Part shown: piece by piece, positions 47,521-56,113 of the stretch
How the letters are laid out: the number at the start of each line of letters is the position of its first letter
How positions within the stretch are numbered: position 1 is the first letter of the stretch
Assembly (NCBI GenBank): GCA_963716445.1
Contig: OY970313.1
Location: 422,731 to 486,730, forward strand
From: an uncultured Solirubrobacterales bacterium
GTDB lineage: Bacteria; Actinomycetota; Thermoleophilia; Solirubrobacterales; Thermoleophilaceae
Direction of reading: 5' to 3'
Length of the DNA: 64,000 nucleotides
The notes under the pieces: model-generated
What the model was told of the DNA's origin: nothing
The model's input: the letters and a program-made list of their open reading frames with translations, nothing else
Database searches by the model: none
Program-made: the position numbers and the translations under genes

Positions 47521-49521
47521 TTACTGACGCGTGCGACGCTCGTGACGCCGACCGCCTGCTCGGATGACGGCCCGCACCGAGGCGTTGAGGCCCCTCCCGC
47601 CCCGTGACGCGACGAAGGAGACGGCGATCCGGGCGCGGACCCGCCGGCGGCGGCGCAGCTCGGCGCGGTAGCGACGCACCGGGCGGAGCAGGATGCGCAC
47701 CGTCCCGGGCGCGCGGGCGCGCTTGGAGTCCGTGGCGAGCGTGCGCAGTCTGCGCGGCCTGCCGGCACGGGCGCGTGCGACGGCCTTGACGCCGCCGGCG
47801 GCTGGCACGGATACGGCCACCACGACAGAGCCGTCGCGCCGCGAGCGGGCGCGGGCCGATAGCCGCGGGCCGCCGCGGTCGGGGTCCTCCTCGATCGTTC
47901 CGTCGGGCCCTCCAGCTCCGGGACCGGCGGGCGGCGGCTTGGGCGGCGGGTCGGGCTGGCGGGTGGCGACGAATGCGTCGGCGCGCTGGTTGGCGTCGCC
48001 GAAGAAGAGGTTGCCGGCGAGCGACGCGAACGCGACGCGCCCGCCGTCGCTCGAGATCGTCACGCCGTTGAGGACGTCGGCGTCGATGTCGCCGCCCGCT
48101 GCCGAGCGGGTCACGCGCTCCAGCGTCCGCTCGACGAGGTCGACCACGTACAGCTCGCGTGCGGCCGGCACTGGGCGCGGATCGCCCACGAGCTGCAGCG
48201 CCGGCAGCGCGAAGCGGGTCCGGACGGTCGTGATCGCCAGATGGCGACCGCTCGAGGCCATCGCGACGCCGCTCAGCGGCGGACTCGTGGCCGGGTCGCC
48301 GTTGGTCGTGTCGCGCGTGAGCTCGACCGTCGCCTGCTTGCGGGCGGCCCCCGGTTTCATGTCGGTCACGAAGAGGTCGAGCCCCGGACCGGTGAAGGCG
48401 AGCGGGCGCGGTCCTGAGCCGGTGAGGAACGCCACCGTGTAGCCGTCGCCGCTGAGCGCCGGCAGCTGCGCGCCGATGCCCGCGCGGTTCGCCTCCTGGT
48501 CGGTCAGCGGCCCGTAGCAGGGACCGGTCGAGACCTGGTCGAAGACCGTGTCGCTCCCAGGCGGGCAGGCGGGGTCGTCAGGGTCCGCGAGGCCCGTCAC
48601 ACGGCGGGTCGGCGCGGCCGGCCCGTCGGCCACGCGCCGCCAGAGGTAGTAGAGGAAGCCCACGTCGGGGTTCTCGCCGCCGAGCAGGCGCGTCTGAGCC
48701 GCGGCGTTGGCGCCCGTCCAGGCGACCGTGGTGCCGTCGGCGCTGAGCGCCGCTCCGATCGCGCCGCCCGCCGGCTCGCCGCCGGGGGCCGTCCGCGTAA
48801 CCAGCGTCGTCGTGTCGGCAGCGCGGTCACGGAGCAGCACCTGGCCCGCGCCGGCGTCCGGCGCGCCGCCGGCCGGCAGGTCCGAGGCGACGTCGGTGCG
48901 GAACGCGACCCGCTGCCCGTCGGCGCCGATCGCCACCCCGCGCGAGACGTCGGCGCCGGGATTGCTGCCCGGAAGCGGGAAGGCGGGCGGGCCATAGCCG
49001 GCGGGCACGTCGCCGCCGTCGAGCGCCGAGACGAGATCGAAGGCGCCCGGCGCGCCGATCGGGACCGTCACGTCGCGCACGTAGACGTCGAGGTTGTCGT
49101 TGACGTCCGTGGCGACCAGCGACTCGGCCGTGGCGAACGCGACGAAGCGCCCGTCGGCGCTGATCGACGGGTTCGACGCTCCACGGCGCACGAACGAGTT
49201 GTCGTCCTCCTCGAAGAGGTCGCCGTCGGCGACCTTCTCGAGCGCGCGCGTCGCCAGGTCGAAGCGGAAGACGCCGCCCGCGCGGTAGCGGCCTGGCGGG
49301 TCGGGATCGTCGTCGGCGAAGAAGTTGCGCGCCCGGGTCTGCATCGCCACATAGCGCCCGTCGCCCGAGATCGCCGCGAAGACCGTCGCGTCGTCGCCCT
49401 GCTCGAGCCGGCCGAAGTCGGCCGAGACGATCTCGGCGCCGTTGCCGTAGAAGCCGGCGGCCGACGCCGGCAGGGCAAGCGAGACGGCAACGGTCGCGGC
49501 CAGCGTGCGCGCCGATCTCAT
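47521..49521 (-). CDS. Secreted TolB/PD40-like beta-propeller repeat protein with a basic C-terminal module
   Basis: ATG 49521 overlaps the upstream stop (ATGA). Signal peptide MRSARTLAATVAVSLALPASAA. PD40-like repeats ISGDGRYVAM and SISADGRFVAFATAESLVATDVNDNLDVYVRD. The upstream 242 codons of the listed ORF are rejected. Confidence 0.75.
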   Translation of the reverse strand: MRSARTLAATVAVSLALPASAAGFYGNGAEIVSADFGRLEQGDDATVFAAISGDGRYVAMQTRARNFFADDDPDPPGRYRAGGVFRFDLATRALEKVADGDLFEEDDNSFVRRGASNPSISADGRFVAFATAESLVATDVNDNLDVYVRDVTVPIGAPGAFDLVSALDGGDVPAGYGPPAFPLPGSNPGADVSRGVAIGADGQRVAFRTDVASDLPAGGAPDAGAGQVLLRDRAADTTTLVTRTAPGGEPAGGAIGAALSADGTTVAWTGANAAAQTRLLGGENPDVGFLYYLWRRVADGPAAPTRRVTGLADPDDPACPPGSDTVFDQVSTGPCYGPLTDQEANRAGIGAQLPALSGDGYTVAFLTGSGPRPLAFTGPGLDLFVTDMKPGAARKQATVELTRDTTNGDPATSPPLSGVAMASSGRHLAITTVRTRFALPALQLVGDPRPVPAARELYVVDLVERTLERVTRSAAGGDIDADVLNGVTISSDGGRVAFASLAGNLFFGDANQRADAFVATRQPDPPPKPPPAGPGAGGPDGTIEEDPDRGGPRLSARARSRRDGSVVVAVSVPAAGGVKAVARARAGRPRRLRTLATDSKRARAPGTVRILLRPVRRYRAELRRRRRVRARIAVSFVASRGGRGLNASVRAVIRAGGRRHERRTRQ

Positions 49522-51431
49522 CGAACGCGCACCCAGCGTCGCCAGACGGTCCGGTTGCCGGCGCGGTCGCGTGCGGTGACCCGCACGCGGTAGCGGCCGG
49601 CCGCGTCGTAGCCGTGCCGCGCGACGCGCGTCCGAGCAGCGCGAGCTCCGTCGCCGAAGCCGACGCGGACGGAGAGGCGCCGCAGCCCCGAGCCCGCTCG
49701 GCGCGGACCATCGGTGACGCGCACCGTCAGCGAACGGCCGCGGCGGCGCAGGCGGACCCGCGGCCCGTTGCGGTCGACCCGCAGGACGCCGGTCAAGCTC
49801 CCGGTCTCCTGGCCGGCGTCGTCGATGGCGAAGACCTGGATCCGGTGGCGGCCGTTCTCGACGTCGTCGCGCGTGAGGCGCGCGTGGAGGCCCCGGACGC
49901 CCTCGACCACCGGCTCGTCGTCGACGCTGACGGAGTACGTCACGCCGCCGATCGCGCTCACCGCCCGATCCCATGCGATCGGTATCCGCCGGCTGCGCCG
50001 CCAGCCGTCCGGTAGCAGCACGAAGAACGGGTCCGGCGGCGCGTCGACCACCGCCGCGACGATCTGGGCGCCGCTGCCGCTCCCCTGCCTCCAGGCGACG
50101 ATCGCATCGCCGAGACCGGAGCCACCCATCGTCAGCGTCCCGACGCCGCCGCCGCTCGGGGCGCTCAGGTCGGTCGGCTCGTCGACCCCGTCGGCGCGCC
50201 GCTCCTGAACGGCGACGAAGCCGGCGCCGTCGCGCAGCTCGCGCCACGCCGCCACGGCGGCGCCGGTCTCCGCGAGGTCGACCAGCGGGTCCCCGGCGAC
50301 GGAGCTGGTGCCGGCGTCGAGCCGCTCGGCGGGCCCGGTGGAGGCGTCGTTGCCGCTGGCGAGGAGCGTCGTGGCCGCCGAGCCGAAGCCGATCGCGAAC
50401 GCGCTCGTCGGGTCGACGGCGACGCTCGGCGGCCCAGGCGCGGTGTGCGGCGATCCGTCAGCCAGCCGGGCGCCGCCGAACTGCCCGGAGGTCTCGGCGA
50501 ACACGTCCGGGATCTCGTTGACGAAGATCCGTGCGGCCCCGAGCCTGCCGGCCTGCCCGGGCTGCTGGCGGAAGGCGATGGCTCCCTGGCCGAAGCCCGA
50601 GACGTCGAGCGAGAACGCGTCCGCGGCGCCTCGCAGGGGCGCTCCGCCGTAGGAGTCGGGGCTGGCTTGGAGTGGGATCCCGACCTGCGAGCCGAACACC
50701 CGCCGCGCCCAGATCCGGTCGACGAAGTCGTCGCCAGGCTCCTGCCAGGCGACGATGCCCTGGCCCTGGACGTCGATCCCGACCTTCGGCGAGTTGTCCT
50801 CGGCCGGCGTTCGCACGGGTATCGCCGGGTTGCGGTCGACCGGGCCGCCCATCACCGACCAGAGGCGGCCGTTGTAGCGCGCGAGGCGCACGTCTGCCCT
50901 GAGATAGCCGGGCGGGTTGGCGGAGCTCGTGTCGGTGACCACGCGGTAGACGAGGTAGGCCTGCCCGCCGCGCGCCATCGCCAGATCGGGGAAGGTGGCG
51001 CTCGCCTCGCCGACGTTGAAGTCGATCGGCACCGGCGCCTGGAAGCCACTCGATCCCGGGTCGAGCGTGGCCGAGAACAGCCGGTCGCTGTCGAGCCCAT
51101 GCTCCTGGACCCAAACGACCGCCAGCCGCCCGCCGTCGCCGGCGCCGATCCGCGGCCAGCTCGAGTCGAACGCCTGACCGACGTCCACCCGCTGGGGCGC
51201 GCTCCAACGGCCGTCCTGGAAGAGCGCGGCGAATACGTGGTCGTGGCCCTCGACCTGCTTGAGGTAGACGATCCCGCCGCTTCCGTCCTCGGACATCGCG
51301 GCGTCGGCGACCTCGACGATCGAGTCGGCCGGCCCGTCGATCGGCCGCACGTCGGAGACCACCGCCCCGGCGAGCGGCGCGGCGCAGGCGACACCGACGA
51401 GAGCGGTCGCTGTGGCGAGCGGCAGGCGCAT
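49518..51431 (-). CDS. Secreted repeat (propeller-like) protein with a C-terminal Ig-like/basic region; first gene of the giant operon
   Basis: Signal peptide MRLPLATATALVGVACAAPLAGA. Repeated '...G.(A/I)VVW(V/Q/R)' strands resembling 5787..7604. Confidence 0.75.
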   Translation of the reverse strand: MRLPLATATALVGVACAAPLAGAVVSDVRPIDGPADSIVEVADAAMSEDGSGGIVYLKQVEGHDHVFAALFQDGRWSAPQRVDVGQAFDSSWPRIGAGDGGRLAVVWVQEHGLDSDRLFSATLDPGSSGFQAPVPIDFNVGEASATFPDLAMARGGQAYLVYRVVTDTSSANPPGYLRADVRLARYNGRLWSVMGGPVDRNPAIPVRTPAEDNSPKVGIDVQGQGIVAWQEPGDDFVDRIWARRVFGSQVGIPLQASPDSYGGAPLRGAADAFSLDVSGFGQGAIAFRQQPGQAGRLGAARIFVNEIPDVFAETSGQFGGARLADGSPHTAPGPPSVAVDPTSAFAIGFGSAATTLLASGNDASTGPAERLDAGTSSVAGDPLVDLAETGAAVAAWRELRDGAGFVAVQERRADGVDEPTDLSAPSGGGVGTLTMGGSGLGDAIVAWRQGSGSGAQIVAAVVDAPPDPFFVLLPDGWRRSRRIPIAWDRAVSAIGGVTYSVSVDDEPVVEGVRGLHARLTRDDVENGRHRIQVFAIDDAGQETGSLTGVLRVDRNGPRVRLRRRGRSLTVRVTDGPRRAGSGLRRLSVRVGFGDGARAARTRVARHGYDAAGRYRVRVTARDRAGNRTVWRRWVRVR

Positions 51432-51520
51432 GGCAGCCCACCCTCACGCGCGTGAACAGCTCACTTGTAATCAACGCGCTACCGACTGGTTAAAGCGGAA
51501 CCTTCACTCGTTCGAGGCGC

Positions 51521-51575
51521 CTTCACCACTCCGTAGCCAGTTCTTATCCACACGGTCACGCGCCGTTTACCCACT
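51521..51575 (+). promoter_or_regulatory. Five 11-bp-phased boxes CTTCACCACTC CGTAGCCAGTT CTTATCCACAC GGTCACGCGCC GTTTACCCACT in the divergent pstS / giant-operon promoter region
   Basis: 69-123 nt upstream of the pstS ATG, in the same orientation as pstS. Resembles actinobacterial PHO-box direct repeats (GTTCACC-type). Confidence 0.5.
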
Positions 51576-51643
51576 CGAAGGCGGTCGCGCCGAGACTGGC
51601 CGCGTCCGAAGCACGAGAACCCGTCACCAGGAGTGACCCTCAG

Positions 51644-52474
51644 ATGACTCGCAACCGCCCACTCGCGGTCGTGGCCGCCCTCGCCGCGTCCGCGTCGCTC
51701 GCCACCGCCACCGCCGCCACGACGGCGTCGGCGAAGTCCACGCTTACCCTGAGCGGCTCGACCTCGGTCGCCCCGCTGGTCAAGGAGCTTGCCACGGCCT
51801 TCATCGCCCAGCCGAAGTACAAGGGCAAGGTGAAGTTCGTCCTGCTCCAGGGCGGCTCGGACATCGGCATCACCGACGCCGCGCGCGGCCGCGTCACGCT
51901 CGGCATGTCCTCGCGCGATCCCAAGCCGGCCGATCCGAGCGGCATCGTCTTCAACAAGATCGCGCGCGACGCGGTCTGCGTCGTGACGAACCCGTCGAAC
52001 CCGATCCCGACGCTCAGCCAGAAGCAGATCCAGGACGTCTTCTCCGGCCGGATCCGCAACTGGAGCCAGCTGCCGGGCGCACGCGCGTCGGGCCCGATCG
52101 ACCTGGTCGTCCGCACCGCGGCCTCAGGTACCCAAGACGCGTTCCAGAACATCTTCATGGGCCAGAGCCTGCGCGTGGCCGGCAGCGCGACCACCAAGTC
52201 GTCGAACGGCCTCCAGGCCCAGGCGATCAAGTCCAACCCGAACGCGATCGGCTACGCGTCGTTCAACTTCACGAAGGGCCTCTACGACGTGCCCTACGCG
52301 GGCGTGCGCTGCAACCTGCGCAACGCCAAGTCCGGCCAATACGGCGGCGCGCGCAACTTCTTCCTGGTCAGCCGCGGCACGCCACGCGGCGCGGCGAAGG
52401 CCTTCATCCGCTTCATCCGCCGGAGTGCGACCGCCAAGCGCATCACGGCGACCAACTGGGTCCCGCTGCGTTAG
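51644..52474 (+). CDS. pstS: Phosphate ABC transporter substrate-binding protein PstS
   Basis: LSGSTSVAPLV, QGGSDIGI, ARDAV and IGYASF (PBP_like_2 pattern), with pstCAB downstream. Confidence 0.9.
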   Translation: MTRNRPLAVVAALAASASLATATAATTASAKSTLTLSGSTSVAPLVKELATAFIAQPKYKGKVKFVLLQGGSDIGITDAARGRVTLGMSSRDPKPADPSGIVFNKIARDAVCVVTNPSNPIPTLSQKQIQDVFSGRIRNWSQLPGARASGPIDLVVRTAASGTQDAFQNIFMGQSLRVAGSATTKSSNGLQAQAIKSNPNAIGYASFNFTKGLYDVPYAGVRCNLRNAKSGQYGGARNFFLVSRGTPRGAAKAFIRFIRRSATAKRITATNWVPLR

Positions 52475-53514
52475 TGGCAACCAGCGAGACCGCAATCCAC
52501 CGGCGGGGCCGCGGGGGCCCCGGCCAACCACGGTCCAGCGCCGGGCAGGGACGCTGGACCGACGACCGCGTCGAGCGCATGCTCGGCGCGGTCGCTTGCC
52601 TGGTCCTCGTTCTGATCGCCGGCATGGTGGTCTTCGTCTTCGCCAAGGCGTGGCCGTCGTTCTCCCACAACGGGCTCGCCTGGTTCGGCTCGGGCGGCGA
52701 CGTCGACCTCCAGCTCGAGGACATCCTCAACTCACCGGCCGATCCCGACGCCTACGTCTACACGCTGCGCGCCTGGCCGCTGTTGTGGGGCACGTTCGTG
52801 ATCACCGCGGGTGCGGTCGGCATCGGCCTCGTCTTCTCGCTCTTCTCGGCGATCTTCATCGTCGAGTTCGCCCCGCCTCGGGTGAACCGCGTGCTCGAGC
52901 CGGTGGTGCGCCTGCTGGCCGCCGTCCCGTCGGTGATCTACGGCCTGATCGGCATCCTCGTGGTCGTCCCCTGGGTCGCCGAGCACCTGATCGGCCAGGA
53001 GCGCAAGGAGTCGGTCGCCTATGTCGTCCAGCTCGACGGGACGGGCCTGATGGTCGGCGTCCTGATCCTGACCGTGATGATCACGCCGATCATGGTCGCG
53101 ATCGTGGTCGACGCGCTGCGCGCGGTCCCGAGCTCGTGGACGGAGGGGGCGGCCGCGCTGGGGGTCAACCGCTGGCGCGTGACCTGGACGATCGCGGTGC
53201 GGACCGCCCGACCGGCGATCGTCGCGGCGGCGGTGCTCGCGACCGCCCGCGCGCTCGGCGAGGCGATCATGCTCTCGATGGTCGCGGGCTCGGCTAGCTT
53301 CGCGCCCAACCCGTTCGACGGGCTCACCTTCTTCCTCGAGCCGACGCGGCCGCTCGCCTCCGCGCTCGTCGAGAACGTCGAGGGACTGACGGTCGAGCCG
53401 TTCGGCCAGACGCTCTACGCGTTCGCGGCGGTCCTGCTGATCTCGAGCATCTGCCTGTCGCTCGGCGGCTGGCTCGCCAAGCAGCCGATGCGCAAGTACG
53501 GGGTACGGCCGTGA
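52474..53514 (+). CDS. pstC: Phosphate ABC transporter permease PstC
   Basis: Six TM segments and the EAA-like loop ALRAVPSSWTEGAAALGVNRWRV. The GTG overlaps the pstS stop. Confidence 0.9.
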   Translation: MATSETAIHRRGRGGPGQPRSSAGQGRWTDDRVERMLGAVACLVLVLIAGMVVFVFAKAWPSFSHNGLAWFGSGGDVDLQLEDILNSPADPDAYVYTLRAWPLLWGTFVITAGAVGIGLVFSLFSAIFIVEFAPPRVNRVLEPVVRLLAAVPSVIYGLIGILVVVPWVAEHLIGQERKESVAYVVQLDGTGLMVGVLILTVMITPIMVAIVVDALRAVPSSWTEGAAALGVNRWRVTWTIAVRTARPAIVAAAVLATARALGEAIMLSMVAGSASFAPNPFDGLTFFLEPTRPLASALVENVEGLTVEPFGQTLYAFAAVLLISSICLSLGGWLAKQPMRKYGVRP

Positions 53515-54455
53515 GGGCGGTCGCCGCGGCGACCTCGCCGCGCGACAGCGTCGCGAGCTGGCCGGTCCTCGACCGGCTCGGCTACTACGCCTGCTGGGCT
53601 GCGGGCCTCGCACTGATCGCGATCGCCGGCTCGATCGTCGTATACATGCTGGTCCGCGGCGCGCAGTACTTCGACCTGGGGTCGTTCCTCGAGAGCCCGA
53701 ACGCCGACCTCGACCAGTCGAAGAGCGGCGGCATCAAGGACCCGCTGATCGGGACGCTGTTGCTCACGACGATGGCGACCGCGATCGCCGCGCCGATCGG
53801 GACCGCGATCGCCGTCTGGCTCACCGAGTACGGCCGGCCGCCGGCGCTCGCCCGCGCGGTCGAGTCGGGGATCGAGGTGGTCGCCGGTACGCCGAGCATC
53901 GTGCTCGCGATCTTCGGCCTGCTCGTCTTCCAGCAGCACGCGCTCGCGTTCTTCTCGTTCGAGGCCGAGGGCGACGCGGTCTTCGGCCGGTCGTTCTTCG
54001 CCGCCTCGGCGATGATGTCGCTGATCGCGCTGCCGCTGGTGGTGGGAGCGACGCGTGAGGCGCTGCAGGCGATACCGGGCCACGTGCGTGAGGCCTCCTA
54101 TGCGCTGGGCAAGACCAAGGCCGCGACGATCCGGCGCGTGCTGCTACCGGCTGCCCGGCCGGGCATCGGCACCGGCGCCGCGCTCGGCATGGGCCGTGTC
54201 GCCGGCGACACGGCGATCGTCGTCGTCCTGCTCGGCGCGACGCTGCAGATCCAGGCGAGCGAGGGCTTCCTCGGGTTGTTCAAGGGCACCGGCAGCACGC
54301 TGACGAGCTACGTCTTCTTCAACTCTCCGGCGGGCGAGGGCAACGCGCCGGAGAAGGCGTACTTCGCGGCCTTCGTGCTGCTCGTCCTCGTCGTGATCCT
54401 CAACTTCGTCGTCACGCGGATCGCGCGTGGAAGGAGCGTGGCATGGACTCGATGA
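53511..54455 (+). CDS. pstA: Phosphate ABC transporter permease PstA
   Basis: ALQAIPGHVREASYALGKTKAATIRRVLLPAARPGI. GTGA overlap with pstC. Confidence 0.9.
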   Translation: MRAVAAATSPRDSVASWPVLDRLGYYACWAAGLALIAIAGSIVVYMLVRGAQYFDLGSFLESPNADLDQSKSGGIKDPLIGTLLLTTMATAIAAPIGTAIAVWLTEYGRPPALARAVESGIEVVAGTPSIVLAIFGLLVFQQHALAFFSFEAEGDAVFGRSFFAASAMMSLIALPLVVGATREALQAIPGHVREASYALGKTKAATIRRVLLPAARPGIGTGAALGMGRVAGDTAIVVVLLGATLQIQASEGFLGLFKGTGSTLTSYVFFNSPAGEGNAPEKAYFAAFVLLVLVVILNFVVTRIARGRSVAWTR

Positions 54456-55393
54456 CGCCCGACCGGTTCCGCGACGAGCGCGACGTGATCCTCGCGCCGC
54501 CGCCGCCGGTGCGGCGGATCGTCGTCGAGCGCGAGCCGACGGTCGTCGACCCGCCGCCTCCGGGCATGCGCCCCCGGCCGCAGCAGACCGGCATCGCCTC
54601 GACGGTCGTCCGCCGTCCCGAGCCCAGCACCGCGCCGAAGGTCGAGCGCATGCGCGCCGACGACGTCCGCATCGCCTACGGGGACAAGGAGGCGGTTTGC
54701 GGCGTGACGATCCCCGTTCGCCAGGGCGAGGTGCTTGCGTTGATCGGCCCCTCGGGCTGCGGCAAGACGACGCTGCTGCGCTCGTTCAACCGGTTGGTGG
54801 AGATCACGCCGACCGCCACCCGCACGGGCGTGATCTCGCTCGACGGCGAGGACGTCGACTCGATGGAGGTCACCGCGCTGCGCCGGAGGGTGAGCATGGT
54901 CTTCCAGCAGCCCAACCCGTTCCCGATGAGCGTGTTCGACAACGTCGCGTACGCGCTGCGCGAGCAGGGGTCGGGACGACCGGGCAAGGACGAGCTGTTG
55001 CCGGCCGTGACCGACGCGCTCCAACGCGCGGGCCTGTGGGACGAGGTCGGCGACGCGCTCGACCATCCGGCGCTGCGCCTGTCCGGCGGCCAGCAGCAGC
55101 GGCTGTGCATCGCGCGCGCGCTCGCCGCGCGTCCCGAGGTGCTGCTGCTCGACGAGCCGTGCTCGGCGCTCGACCCGCGTTCCACTCAGGTGATCGAGGA
55201 GCTGATCCTGCGGCTTCGCGACGACGTCGCCGTGGTGATCGTCACGCACAACATGCAACAGGCGTTGCGGATCGCCGACCATGTCGGCTTCATGTATCTC
55301 GGCGAGCTCGTCGAGTACGGGCCGGCCGAGCAGGTCTTCGGCGCCCCGCGCGAGGTTCGCACCCGCGAGTACGTGGGTGGTGCGTTCGGGTGA
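54443..55393 (+). CDS. pstB: Phosphate ABC transporter ATP-binding protein PstB (with a ~70-aa Pro-rich N-terminal extension)
   Basis: GPSGCGKTTLLRSFNRL, LSGGQQQRLCIARAL, LLLDEPCSALDP and VTHNMQQA. Confidence 0.9.
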   Translation: MDSMTPDRFRDERDVILAPPPPVRRIVVEREPTVVDPPPPGMRPRPQQTGIASTVVRRPEPSTAPKVERMRADDVRIAYGDKEAVCGVTIPVRQGEVLALIGPSGCGKTTLLRSFNRLVEITPTATRTGVISLDGEDVDSMEVTALRRRVSMVFQQPNPFPMSVFDNVAYALREQGSGRPGKDELLPAVTDALQRAGLWDEVGDALDHPALRLSGGQQQRLCIARALAARPEVLLLDEPCSALDPRSTQVIEELILRLRDDVAVVIVTHNMQQALRIADHVGFMYLGELVEYGPAEQVFGAPREVRTREYVGGAFG

Positions 55394-56106
55394 GCCGCCG
55401 GACGCTCGCGATCGCCGCAATCGGCCTCGCGCTGGTCATCGGCGGCTGCCAGTCGACCCAGGACAAGAGCGCCGAGCTCGCCAAGCAGGGCGGGGTCTCG
55501 GTAACCGAGAAGGGGCTCGAGATCGCCAAGCGTAGCCGCGAGGTGAAGGTCGCGCGCAAGGCCGTGCTCGACGACCCGAACGGGATCGCCGCGATCGTCG
55601 AGCTGCGCAACACCGGCAAGCGGACGCTCGTGAACGTGCCGATCGCGATCGACGTGCTCGCCAAGGGCAAGAAGGTGTTCAGCAACGACGCGCCCGGCCT
55701 CGAGCGGTCGCTGGTGAGCGTCGCGGTGCTCGAGCCGGGCGAGTCGCTCGCGTGGGTCAACGATCAGGTCTTCGCCGCGGGCCCGAAGCTGAAGGCGGTC
55801 GTCGGCGCCACGTCCGAGCGGGCGCCGGCGAAGCTGCCCGAGATCGACGTCAGCCCGCCGAAGCTCGGGGGCGATCCGACGAGCGGGATCGCAGTCGAGG
55901 GCAGGGTCGCCAACCGTTCCGAGGTCCTGCAGCGCAAGCTCGTCATCTACGCGGTCGCCCGCAGGGGCGGTCGGATCGTGGCAGCCGGGCGCGGCCAGAT
56001 CGAGCGGCTGAAGCCGGGCGCGTCGGCGGGCTACCAGATCTTCTTCATCGGCAACCCGGAGGGCGCGCAGGTCGAGCTGGCCGCTCCCCCGACGACCTTC
56101 CAATAG
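55390..56106 (+). CDS. Lipoprotein of unknown function, translationally coupled to pstB
   Basis: GTG 55390 overlaps the pstB stop (GTGA). Lipobox LALVIGGC. This is the C-terminal 238 codons of listed ORF 54427..56106. Confidence 0.65.
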   Translation: MSRRTLAIAAIGLALVIGGCQSTQDKSAELAKQGGVSVTEKGLEIAKRSREVKVARKAVLDDPNGIAAIVELRNTGKRTLVNVPIAIDVLAKGKKVFSNDAPGLERSLVSVAVLEPGESLAWVNDQVFAAGPKLKAVVGATSERAPAKLPEIDVSPPKLGGDPTSGIAVEGRVANRSEVLQRKLVIYAVARRGGRIVAAGRGQIERLKPGASAGYQIFFIGNPEGAQVELAAPPTTFQ

Positions 56107-56113
56107 GAGAGAC

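Noticed and set aside
54427-55389. Upstream parts of listed ORFs 54427..56106, 56176..57426 and 57180..59390
   Set aside because: They overlap pstB and the neighbouring genes out of frame with Arg-rich sequence. In-frame GTG/ATG starts that overlap the preceding stop codons give proteins with signal peptides or lipoboxes.
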